From Bugula neritina (Eukaryota; Animalia; Bryozoa), in contig OZ037766.1 in NCBI GenBank assembly GCA_964035545.1, positions 1,550,001 to 1,614,000 of the forward strand: DNA of 64,000 nt. Reading direction: 5' to 3'. Below the pieces are notes generated by a model. That model was not told the origin of the DNA. It worked only from the letters and a program-made list of their open reading frames with translations, and ran no database searches. The position numbers and the translations under genes were made by a program. Position 1 is the first letter of the stretch; every line of letters begins with the position of its first letter. This document shows, piece by piece, positions 1-12,395 of this stretch.

Positions 1-309
1 TACATCATACCTAATGCAAGTATTGTATATAGTATCATGTTGTAGTTTGATACGTATACACTTATACAAAGTATATGTGTATACGTCTATAGTTTAATCC
101 TATAACAAATTATCGTAACTCTGTGTAATGGCGTATATGCAGTAATATTACAATAATATAATGACATTATTTTCTACAATAAGACACAATATAATGTAAC
201 TCAACGTAATATAACTATAGCATAGTGGTACAATATAGTGTTTGTATAATAATAATAAAATGCCGGGATATTATTCACTGAAATTAGTAGTTGTGTCCCT
301 TGCTTGTAG

Positions 310-808
310 CAACATGATGACCGGATGAATGACAGGTTTGAGTCAAACTTGGGATCTAGGGGAGGATATAGACATCCTAGAGGGGGTTTTAGAGGTGGAT
401 TTAGAGGAGGTTTCAGAGGGGGTTTCAGGGGTGGATACAGAGGGGGATACAGAGGTAACTTCAGACAGAGTTTCCATGGGCCACCTAAAGAACAGTTTGG
501 AAAATCCTACAAACAAGAGCGTGAGTATGACTTGATGCTTGGCTAGGACTTGAAATTCTGCTGTATATCACTCTTCATTATATTATTTGAGTGCCACTCT
601 AGGCTATACCTATGTATAACTCTGAGCTATACTCAAGTATAACTCTGAGCTATACTCAAGTATTACTCTGCACTATGCTCAAGTATTACTCTGTACTTGT
701 TACTCTTCCACAGGGAACTCAACAACTGACACCTGGAAACACGATAAGTTTGATGAACTGGAAAATGAGTTGGAGAGAAAGACAGAGCCGTCCAGTACGA
801 CAGCCTGA
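310..808 (+). CDS. Last two coding exons (310-520, 714-808) of an RGG-box RNA-binding protein ending in a W-x-H-D-K-F motif (THRAP3/BCLAF1- or CASC3/Btz-like); 5' part lies outside the window
   Basis: AG acceptor at 308-309, GTGAGT donor at 521, CAG acceptor at 711-713. Spliced frame reads ...RGGFRGGFRGGFRGGYRGGYRG...KQERNSTTDTWKHDKFDELENELERKTEPSSTTA*, stop TGA 806-808. Confidence 0.65.
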
Positions 809-816
809 GTCTGCAT

Positions 817-1195
817 TTGATATCTGTACAGCTGTGATTGGAGTTATCATCCCTTTAATATCTGTGCAGCTGTGACTGGAGTTGTCACCCGTTTAATATC
901 TGTACAACTGTGGCTGGAGTTGTCATGCCTTTAATATCTGTGCAGCTGTGACTGGAGTTGTCTTACATTTAATATCTGTGCAGCTGTGACTAGAGTTGTC
1001 ACCCCTTTAATATCTAGACAGCTGTGACTGAAGTTGTCATGCCTTTAATATCTGTACAGCTGTGATTGAAGTTGTCTTACATTTAATATCTGTACAGCTG
1101 TGATTGGAGTTGTTACCCCTTTAATATCTGTAGAGCTGTGACTAGAGTTGTCTTTCATTTAATATCTGTACAGCTGTGACTGGAGTTGTCACACC
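817..1195. repeat. 38-bp minisatellite (~10 units) immediately after the stop codon, in the presumed 3' UTR
   Basis: Unit tttaatatctgt(a/g)cagctgtgactggagttgtcacccc with 38-bp period (e.g. starts at 854 and 892). Confidence 0.9.
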
Positions 1196-2029
1196 TTCTG
1201 TAGATAATCAAACTCTGCTCTACACAAATCAGTCTCAAACAGTAAACTTAGCTGACAGAATTGCTATTATTATAGCTCTAAACTCTAATCAATATGCATA
1301 CTGTGCAATGCTAAAGTTAGATTGATAACCTATCTTATAACTTAATTCTGTTTTCACCTGTATTCTTTCCTGCAAATATAGAATGTTATATTAAAATAGC
1401 TCAAAATGTTGTTGCAGTGCTTCAACCCTGTCTTTGTACGCATGGCCAGGCACATTGGTTCATGTAGGCGGGCATCCACCTTGGTTATCACCTACTGATA
1501 TTGTTAGAATGTTTGTTTAATTGTGTTTTGTTCCCACCCATTGCACTACAGCTTAGCTTGTCATTCTATTGATGTAGCGTTCCCATTCATACCAGCTATT
1601 GTTTGCCGAGAGCTGTGATAATACACAGCCTATCAATAGAACTGATATTAGCTATTAATATCTTCAATCCAAGTGTAAAAGCCAAAAGATCAGTGGAAAT
1701 AGTAGCCAAGTGTACTCTGTAGTAAATGACTTTATATCTTCTTGGAATATCTCTTTATAAGGTATGTAGATTTTATTTTATTTGTAACGAAATTAAGCTT
1801 TAACTGTGACTAAATAAAATATATCACTATTATTGGAGATTTATTTTTGCAATGTTAGTAGTGTAATTAACCATTTCCTATTTAAATAAAGTCATCTAGT
1901 GAGTACTAATTAATTAGTCTTTATAATAACAGCCTCAAAATATGATAACGTTATGCTGGAACAGGTTCTGGCCATGCTGTAAAAATTAGCAAATATTTCT
2001 AAATAAGCTCACTTGAAAAGGAGAAGGGC

Positions 2030-2200
2030 GTAATTGTGACCAGTGGTTAGAGCGATGCATGGTCTAGGATGACTCAGCCTATCTAGCAGGGCCATAGGCG
2101 ATGTCAGGAAGGGCATCTAGGTATTAAATTAAGTTACTTTGAAGGCTCTCAAACCATGTTGCCATGAAAATCCTTACCAATAAGGGTTCTCACAGGGTGG
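2030..2200 (+). mobile_element. Degenerate tRNA-derived SINE-like fragment
   Basis: A-box-like gtgaccagtggttagagcg followed by gatgtcaggaagggcatc; related sequences occur inverted at ~8975-9150 and ~53245-53345. Confidence 0.45.
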
Positions 2201-3010
2201 AGACTTTAGAATATTAGAAAAAGAAAAGTGTTTTGTGATGAATTTGTGTTGATTACACCTCACCCTCACACAGAGCATGGTTCAATACAAATCTTAGTAA
2301 TATATTTTACAACTGACTTGACATTGTTTACTTAAAACTTAGTTGAAGTATTATCTGGGCCAGAATATGTTGTAAGGGTGGAAACCTCATTGCCAGCTAA
2401 TTTACTCTCAGCAAATGGCTAATTTCCTGACCACACTACTACCTCACTACACTACCACCTCACCACACTACTACCTAACTACATTACTATATAACTACAC
2501 TACTACTTCGCCACACCAGTACCATACTGTACCATCATTAGATTTATAGAATTTGCTTCTTTCTCCAGTATAGTCATTCCGGCTTCAAACTTAGGGAAGG
2601 TCTACTATAACAAAGCCCCCCCCCCTGCCCCATTTACAAGTTTTTATATTCTCTTTACACCCAGGCTGTATTACTATACTGGTAATCGAGACTTCACTTT
2701 GAAGGTCGTCTCAAGCTCAGCAAACACAAACCAGACTGGCTGTTACGTGAATCTCTATTTGTAACCAGTAGCTCGTGAATCAACTTGTAGACCTTGTGTT
2801 GTATTACATTGACATTCTGAGTCACTGGTGTAGAACTCTGCGTGTGCTGTGTGTGTAGATGTATTGAAAGTAGAATGTATTGTCAACAATAGCTAGGACA
2901 TTTGGTATGTGGCTGAATGTAATAATACAGTATGCTAAACTGTTTGTTTTAGAGAAATTATATGCTATACTTTATACCTGTTGTAATTGTTAACTTGTAA
3001 ATTGTATGTC

Positions 3011-3012
<2 letters not shown>

Positions 3013-3087
<75 letters not shown>

Positions 3088-3103
3088 ATATGTATATATA
3101 TAT
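3013..3103. repeat. (TA)n microsatellite
   Basis: Near-perfect TA run of about 90 bp. Confidence 0.95.
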
Positions 3104-3105
3104 AG

Positions 3106-6100
3106 ATGCGATGAACATGGAGAGCATAGTTGAGTACACTTACACCACGGAACCGGTATGGCTCTCGGATACAATAGATTTCACTCAGACTGGTATTGAA
3201 ATCAACTTCAAAAAACTCAATGAATTGTGTAAAACAAGGAAGCTGCCTTCCAGAATATGCGTAGTTCTTGAGGGAGAACCTATCAAAGAAAGGGCAGATG
3301 ACGCTCCGTCTACTTCTTCGTCTTCTACTTTACTCACACCTACTGTAGAAGGCCCGCCCACTTCTGCCCTTACAGACACACCCATTTCTGCTGCTGCAGA
3401 CACCCCTACTTTTACTGCTGCAGACACGCCCACTACATCGAAGGAACCATCAGGCACTGTGCTGCCAGCAGGTAAATGCTGTCGCACTGTCTGGTCACTG
3501 AATACAGCTGAGAGATGGATTCAGTTTGCCAGCTGCTTCTGGTTGGAAAACGAATCCATCTTGTCACTTGTAACAAATGTTGAAGAGGCCGTTTAAGTTC
3601 TTCATAAATTAGGTCTGATGAACTACACATGCTTCTGGTCTCAGATTGAGTGCACAGTGTATTGTCTTTGTGTATAGCACTTATTTCTCCTCACATGCCA
3701 AAGAGTCAATTCTTTTCACTGGGCGCACTGGTCGTGATAAAGTATAAAGTATTGCAGCAATTTGTTTCAAATTGTTGTCTTACTTTATTGTTTAGCAAAG
3801 AGCATTCAAATAACTGGCTAATTGAAATTTCTAACATGTCATTTCAGATTACACGTGCTTATTACACGGTGATGCATGTTTCAGAAGATGTTGAAATTGC
3901 CATAAGCAGATGCTTGAGTCTTTTGTTATGTTGGGATGTAAATGTTTTTAGTGTCAACACCAGCTGTGAATGAAGCTACACATCAACAAAAGATGGACAA
4001 ACATGAACCAAAAGAACAAAGCAATGCCGATATACCTGAACTATCTTTATGCACTGTTAGTTTATTTCTAATTATTTCTCTTCTATATAAATGCTTTGGA
4101 ATTTATGTTTGCTTTGGAAAAAGTAGGCAAAATTGTTGTATTTGCTGTAACATCAAGTAAATGTGTACCAGATAACCTTCTCAAATCCTTCATCATATTT
4201 TTGTTTGTTTGTAATCTTATAGATTTTTAAACATTTAATAATAATGGGTGAGCATCAGCTTGTAGTCTATAAGCATCACAATGCTATGCTTATTCCTTTG
4301 TAGATTCAGTCACCTTCTCTAACCAAAGTTCCAACTGAGTCAAAAAAGAAATCATCAGTGAGACGGGCGGAGAGTGTTATTGAAAGAGAGATTAGACTAC
4401 AAAAGGTAACATTTACCTGTACTTATCTGTCTATTCCTACACTTACCTTTCCTTACCTGTTTAACATCCTAATACCTGTACTTACTCTGTAGGAGAGAGA
4501 GAACTCTGTGAAATTGGATCAGCAGCAAGCTATGCAGCAGCGGCAGCAGCGTATGAAAAAGAGGCTGGACAGGGACTACAACTTGGGATACCGAAGTGCC
4601 AGCCCTTCCTCACAGTCTAGTATAGCAGAGAACATTCCAGACGACACTCCGGTTACCACTTTAGACTCAAATTCTAGATCATCTAGTCGTTTATCTGGGG
4701 GCAGACAGAGCCCGGCCCCAACTGTAAATACAGCCAGCTCTGATAGGGTGCCACCTTCTGTGTTGAGGAGCTCATCTTCAGTGAATGTCAGCTCTAAAGA
4801 GGACCTCCAGAGACCAGAGTTTTCCCTTAGTTCAGGTAAGTAACTCGCCTTTTCAGCAGGAAATGATGTAATCTGACCCAGTTAACCTCTTATCATGTAC
4901 ACAATAAGGGGGTTGTTTATCTCATATCAGGAGTTCAACTTTCACCTTTCATATCTAGTAACTTGAGGCTCAGCATATTGTCCATGATTAGATGTTTGAA
5001 GATGTTATCTATATCTCTGCTAGTATTACATAATGTGTAGGTATTCTCCATTAATTAGGTTTTGCTATGAGCTTAGCTGATATGGCTGTATGCTGTTTTA
5101 AGTTGTGACTTTCAAACTACCCCTGGCTGCATTCTACAGATGATAAGTAGTACAATGCTCCCTCTGTATCCCACGGTTCCATTTCTCACGAACCTTCATA
5201 TAGGTCACAAGAAGGGCTTGGACCTCCGGTTTGTGACTTATGTATGTGTGTATAAGAACAAATTGGCCAAATTAAATGGATTTGTGAGTCAAATAGGGTA
5301 TTCTACTATGTCCGGGATTGAGGTTTCAGACACGTAGCTTAGTGAGATGTGGAGGGAGCTTGATTTGAAAAATATTGTTGATTTTAGCCAATAACTCATC
5401 TACAATACACCAGTGCTTTAACTTCACTATGCAGTACATATTATTCATCAGGGGAGATTACTCCAAAAGTATTGTTGGAGCAACGACTCTTGTATAGTCT
5501 GCATAGTATAAAACTGTACACAATTGGTAGTTGTCATCTCGTGTTGTAGGGCGTGACTTATTTAAAGACCGCCTACATTCTAGCAATATGCACAGTGATG
5601 GCACACAAAAGACGACCTTGAACTCGTGAGTAGCTCAATATTGTGATCTGTTGGCAACACCTTTGATGTGCTTGCTACAAGCAGCTATGTACGTAAAGGA
5701 TAATGTTGCATCAAATTTTGCTGAGGAAAGAAATTGGAGTTGACAATAATTGTATTTGCATTGTGATATTTGTTATATTTTATTTATTTAGTATTTCTAA
5801 GGAATTGTATTTATTGCATTGTACAGAGCCTCTTAGGAGGCAGCTGTAAAGGGGAGACTAATCTGTATTACACACGATTCAGTGTTTTCCTGATAGTATA
5901 GTAATCTATAATTCAATAAGTAATTAGTGATGAGAATAGACTGTTTGAATTGTTCTGTAGAAATGGTACTGATACGCCATCAACTAGTTCATCGAGTGAT
6001 ACAGCTAGTGACACTGTGTTTCCAAAGAGAGAGCGAAAAGGTAGACATGTTTAGCCAGATTATTAATGTTATTTTTCCTGTATGGGCGATGTGTTAATGC

Positions 6101-7467
6101 GAATTTGTTGTTTCAAATAGCAATGAGAGCTTAGAGTTTGTCATTTTTATTGGTTTACTATATCCATAATTATACTATAATTTAAATAAATAAATTATAT
6201 GGAATACTTTTCATAAAAAAATTTCAGTAACCTAAAATTTGCAATAGGAAACCTTTGAAGATAAGATTATTTATGTAGTTTCAATAAATAAGTTATAACT
6301 TGTCATATATAGGCTTTTGTTATCAAAACTCCCAATCAATTGAACAAGAAAATTGTCATGTGAAAACAATGTAAACTGTTTTTTAGAAAGTATTGACAGT
6401 AGGTTGGCAGCTGCTTTAGATTTTCTATTTTTACAATGATGAAGGCATGATATTATTTGCATGCGTTGATATCTATTCTTTTCTGTTGCAGGGCCTAATC
6501 TGTTTAAAGAAAAGTCTTTTGACCAAATAGAGCGGGAGTTGTCATCTATTGCTGCTCAAAACAGGTATGTTTACTGTGAATAAATTATATGATTGGATCC
6601 ATAGTCTCGCAATCAATAATTTATAATTTAATGGGAAAATCTTAAAGAGTAACTTGATGTAGTCACACATTTATTATCAGTGCTATAAATAGTTTACTCT
6701 GTTGTTGCAAATCCATATTACAATTTCTGTAAATTCTGTTTTACTATAAATTCGTATCGATTTATTAAAGAAATATTACAGCAATTTGTTATTCTATATG
6801 GAGATTATATTTATTGCATATTGTTATGTTATTAAAAACCAATTATATTATTAATTTGTATGTTATATATTACATTTTCTTTCAATCGGTTGATTACTTC
6901 ATACTATTTTCATGACATAGTCACCCTGTCTATTCAGGTATAGTCAGCTAGATTATTCTGCGTCATTCTCCTTGCCTCTCCTCGTTAAAAAGTTTCTCCC
7001 TTCTCTGATTGTCTGTTGAAATTAAACATTATTTGAGTTGTCTTCTACCGTCCAATCCCTTTGCTCTGAAGCAGTTGTAAGGAATGTGTTTAGAGAAAAT
7101 GAAATGAAAATTTGTGGCAATGACAACTTGAAATATGCTGTTTTTTGCATAACTTTAGAGTTTTGTATTTATAAATGTCTTTAAAATAATTTTGTTGTAC
7201 CCCAATGCTAGCAGCAGCATCAGCAGCAATAGAGGTAGCAGGTGCTATATATAGAACTTTTATTTTCAATTTGTAATTAAGAGTTATGTCCACCATAATA
7301 GTTTTAGGGACATAGTAAAGGCTTACTATACAGTGGGAGATTTTACTGTTGAAATCATATTTTGCTAAACATAGATGCAAAATTAAAAGTTATAACTATT
7401 TGAGGAATATTTCTAGACAAAGAAGAGTGATAGTTTAACATTGCAAGAGGGGTCAACGAAGAAGAAG
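3106..7467 (+). CDS. Uncharacterised multi-exon Ser/Thr-rich protein with an [15 protein letters not shown] motif (reminiscent of MISP/AKAP2-family repeats); both ends uncertain
   Basis: Phase-compatible GT-AG exons 4304-4405, 4493-4835, 5550-5625, 5961-6040 and 6492-6564 give one open frame. Probable further exons at ~3106-3471 and ~7417-7467. Confidence 0.5.
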
Positions 7468-8974
7468 GTAACTCTCAAATTCAAACTACATTGAGAGTTG
7501 CGAGCCCTGCATTATTGCCTATATTTATGGAGTATACACGTTGGTGCTTTGTCTTATCTGTTGAAACTTTACTTTCATGATTGGCAAAATTAATGAGCAT
7601 TTAGTTTAGTTTTATTTATTCACTATAATATATGAATCGTGCGTGCAATGTTAATTATATATTTTTTAGATTATATTTTTGCAAGGCTGTTTATCGTTGC
7701 ATCATATGATGGATCATAATATTATGGTTAGTTTTAATATAGTTTGGTGAACTGGAATAGACCTTTATTTTCTTGCAATAAAATTTGAAAGCAGTATGTG
7801 TAAACTAAATAATTTTGATAAACTCACTCTACTTGAGTGAGACAGCATGACTCATCACAACTCAAAGTCATTGCCTACATTTCGTATTTGTCAATCTGAT
7901 TCTGCTTTAGTAAATATATAGTTGGTTATGAAAGGAAGTTAGTAGAGCAACTAGTAAGTAATAATATAACTGCTTTTTTCATGGACAGAACAATTACTAT
8001 TGATAGACTTTTCATTTTGATAACCTTGACAGTCAAAAGGCTAGGCAGTTGGTACTATATGAATGGTTTATATAATTGTTGAAATATAATGCCAAATCTC
8101 AATGGATTTAGCAGTAATTTCTGGTTCATCCATTCAACGCACAAGCAGCAGGGAGTAGTACATGTGTTACTACAGTTTCATTATCTGTTCAGGAACTTCC
8201 TACTTTAAACTCATTGAAATTAAAACTTCACTTACAATAATTAGCTGATAGGAATGGTGCAATGTTCAAGAATTAGTGACCTCCACACAAGCTTCATGAG
8301 AACAACAGAGTCCTCCATTACACTGTCAACTCTGTACTTTATAAAATACAAAATTACTTCGTTATCAAAGTTGGATAGATTCAGGCTTAACACAGGGTAT
8401 TATGTGTAAAGAGTTATTCCAAGGTTTATGCCTTGTATTGATGCAGTTATGTTTAAAGAATTAAGATATGTTTTAGGCATTGAATGATTAAAAGTTTGCA
8501 TCACACTGCAACTGTGCTGATGCAAAATTTCTATTTCGCTACTCATAGAGTATTGCTGGCTACTTGAAGTATTACTGGATATTTGCTATTAACTTCAAGT
8601 AGCTCTTGAAACACAATAAGCCTCAAATGCCATGCTTCAATAATCTTTCTTTAATTGGTTCGAAATCGAAGATACTGATTGCCTGAGTTCAAGTTAACTA
8701 CCCTATGATTCTGGTTAGAAGGGTTGTTATATAAGTGTGTACGTCCCTTGTTTAAATAGTTTTAATGTCAGGTGTTTATAATTACAAAGATATGAGCTGT
8801 ATTACACTTATTTATTTAGTTGAAATCTAATCTACACCAACTTAGTGGTGATTTCATTCTGTAAGCTAATGTCACAACTTCAAAGTTTCAAATCCTAACT
8901 TGTTGATAACTAGTACATGGTATAATGCTTTGGAGATGACCACAACACAGAAAACCTCACGCTAGTTTATAGAC

Positions 8975-9150
8975 ACTATCCCTGCGAGAACCCCTGATAG
9001 AAAGGGGTTTTTAATAGGGCAAAGGACTTATTCATATGTGGCACAGGAGCAATTATGACTGGATGCCCTTCCTAACATGACCAATGGCCTTTACTGGGGA
9101 TCAAACCCATGACTTCGTGTTTACGTAGACAACACTCTAGCTCCTATAGA
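8975..9150 (-). mobile_element. SINE-like fragment, same family as 2030-2200
   Basis: Reverse complement contains ggccattggtcatgttaggaagggcatccagtcataattgct and ggttctcgcaggga, matching the copy at ~2090-2200. Confidence 0.45.
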
Positions 9151-9711
9151 CATGCAGCACAGAAAGTACTAAATTATAATAAGCATTGTATCAATGAATC
9201 AAGTTTTGTCATTTGTTACAGTATATATATTCAACTTATTTACAGCTATAACTTGTGGAGTAGATTTAAACCATCAGCTGAATATAGAAGCTATTTGCAA
9301 GCAGTGTACTCTTTCTGCAGAAGCACTGAGTACACATTGCATACATAGAGTTATGTTTGTCTACATGTTAGGTGATTAAATACTCTTGTTTAATGAATTA
9401 TTTACTCACAGATATGCATACATTTGTGATAAAAAGGCAATCCATCTTTTGTTTGTGCATCGCTTAGCAACCACAATCAATGGGGATTTTGCACACAAAA
9501 AGTATAGATTACTATTGTAGGTGACAGGAAATGTGGTAATGTGAAGAGAGAGCAAGGACATTTGAATAAACTGTTATATATACATGCAGATAATATTGTA
9601 TATATGCGGCAGCATCAGTCGCGGACAGTGCTGACTTTATAAGCTGTCACACAATCTAACTTCTATTTACTAATTTTATAATATACTATAATATACTTAT
9701 AATATACCAAG

Positions 9712-10878
9712 ATGAATCGGGAGGTATCGAGTATGATGTTTTCATACATGAACAAAAGGTAGGCTGAATACTATATATCTGTACTATATATTTGTAATGC
9801 ATAGAATACTATATAGTTTTATTAAAAGCAGATCAAAACAATGAGCTTCGTGCATTATTATATATTTCAGCTGCTTGAAAATGTCCCCATATTACCACAT
9901 GTATGATATGATATTTTCAAATGAAGCTATGCCTATATATCGCTCACATATGAGTTATAGCAACTAATAGCTTTTATTATAATAATGCGCTTATATACAA
10001 ACTGTTTTAAACTGTTGATTTATGGAATGTATTTTTAATAAAACTAAGTTTTTTTAGGGATTGACTTGGAATTGATTCAAACTTTTAGTTTTCAAACTTA
10101 TCAGGAAAATGAACTTACTTCTTATATAACGCAAACAATCTCTAACTCTAGGACTTTTAGCATATTATAATAATAATAATCTTAACAACATAATATTATA
10201 TGAGCTGTTTTCATGAGTTGTTTATTTACTAAATCTCAGTCACTATCATGAAGCCTGTGTACCAACTCACCAAAGACGGGCCGTGTACGCAGAGCCCAAC
10301 ACTAAGCCAGTAGCTGTACTAGACTATACCAACAGAACTGATGCCGTGAAAGAAGACATCTTGTGGAGACAATGCGTCAGCAAGGAGGAGAAAGCCGTCA
10401 GCAAGTGGGAGGATGAGTGGGGGTTCCTGGTAGAGTACGACAGCAAGGTATGTATCCATTTCTTATATTATATTATATTATATTATATTGTATTGCGTTA
10501 TATCATGTATTATATTATACTTTATTATATCATTTTATATTATGCTACATCTCATCATATTATATTATATTGTAATATAATATATTATACTATATTATAT
10601 TATATTGTATCATATTATGTCATATTGCATTAAATATAATATAATATATTATATAATATTGTTTTACATTTGAATGCATGCAGGGGAATGCAGTGACACC
10701 TGAACAGCTACCTGAATTCCAAAGTCGGTTTGCCAGTGGCCCCGTCCCTAAGACTGTGGCAGGAGTTTACGGCTCAAGAACTCACTCTACAAACACTCAA
10801 AACATGCTTTCACTCGAGAGAGCTTTAGCTGCTCCAAACAGGAAGAAGAAACTCGACAGTGAAATGGTTTGTTACTAA
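9712..10878 (+). CDS. C2orf50: C2orf50 (CIMIP5)-like ciliary microtubule inner protein; exons 9712-9758, 10240-10447, 10684-10878
   Basis: Phase-compatible canonical splice sites. Protein has D-x-LWR...W...WGFLxxYDxxGN...P-x-x-LP...F...VP...GSR...RKKKL, the conserved pattern I recognise from C2orf50. Confidence 0.75.
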
Positions 10879-12395
10879 AAAAAGAATCCAAAGATTTGAA
10901 ACTAAATGACATGCGCAGCAAAGTTCTTCTTATGGTTATCTGCAGCTAGCAAAGTGAATATCTGCATCAAGCTAGTTATTCCGAACCATCAGACAGTCCT
11001 CTGCAGTATCTGGTGCTTGCTCTTGTTTAGAAATGTTTTCTTAGATATTTCCTAATTTTATAATAATTTTCAGTGATGCAGTAGCAGAAATATTTGTGAA
11101 TTGATACATAGAGTTATTTTGGTACAAGTTTTAAACTACTTTTTACAATAATATTTTATATGTTGCAAATTTAATTTGTATAATTTTATATATAAATTTT
11201 GCCCTAGTTTTGATTGATTATTTACATATATAGGTAATATATAGCTATTTTTATATGTATTATTATGTACTGATTACAACTTTTGTTTCATTTGCTGTAT
11301 AAACCATACATTGCAAGGCTATGTATACACAGGAAAGTGTGGTAAGACAACTTCTGTATTTGTACTTCACCCTTATAGCTAACATTTCATTATAAAGTGC
11401 TTTACTTAGATACTTTACTACAGCATATAAGACTATATTATAGACTGCCAACAAATATATTTATAATATCTAATATATATTTTATTGAAGACAACTGGTC
11501 TATTTATAACTGTTTATTGCACATGATGATAATATTGGCTGCAACATCACAACTTATAATACAAAAAGTAATACCATATTTAATATTTTATATGCAATAC
11601 ACCTTTGAACACTTTATCTGGTGGTTGAAAATTTTATTAAGTAAAATTGTGGGAGATATATATAGTTGGAAAATAAAAAAAAACAAATTAATTCAAAAAG
11701 TTATATGAGTGCGTAAATACAAAATTCTTATAAGTTGAAAAATTATTTTTGACTAATTTGTAAAAAATATAAACTAAAAACCTAGACTACACTTATAAAC
11801 AGTTATCTGCCCATACTGCTATGCTACGCACTCTTACAATGACTACTACAACAACCTATGTGTAGGTATGGAAGTTTATTGTCATGCTGGTTTAGAATAG
11901 CATATCTATTAAATGAAATACTGTAATTTACATAACTCAAGCATATAATATATGAAAAATAATGTAATAAAGTAGTAATATAATATAATACAATGTAATA
12001 ATGTTTTATGGCCGATGCTTGAAAATATGGAGCTAGTGGTATATGGCTTAAAAATTAAATTAAGGATTAAAAAAATTGTAAAATTTTGTATTTAACGTTT
12101 CCCGTTCTTATGCCAGTAAAATTTTCTCTATTACGCTTTGTGAAAGAAAGGAGACGAAACTCTAAAGTCACAAACTATATTGCACTAAATGCAAACTCTC
12201 AATATGAATATTGGGACTGTTTATTGCCATAATTTCTCTAATCAAAGAAACGACTCTCATGTACTAACGACAGCGGCAGAACCTACACGCAGCGCTTTTA
12301 GACAGAGGTGGATTGACTTCATTATATTGAGCAGGGAAGACAACTCCAAATGACAGAAACAGTCTTCTAGAAGAAGAGTGTGGGTATTTACAGTA

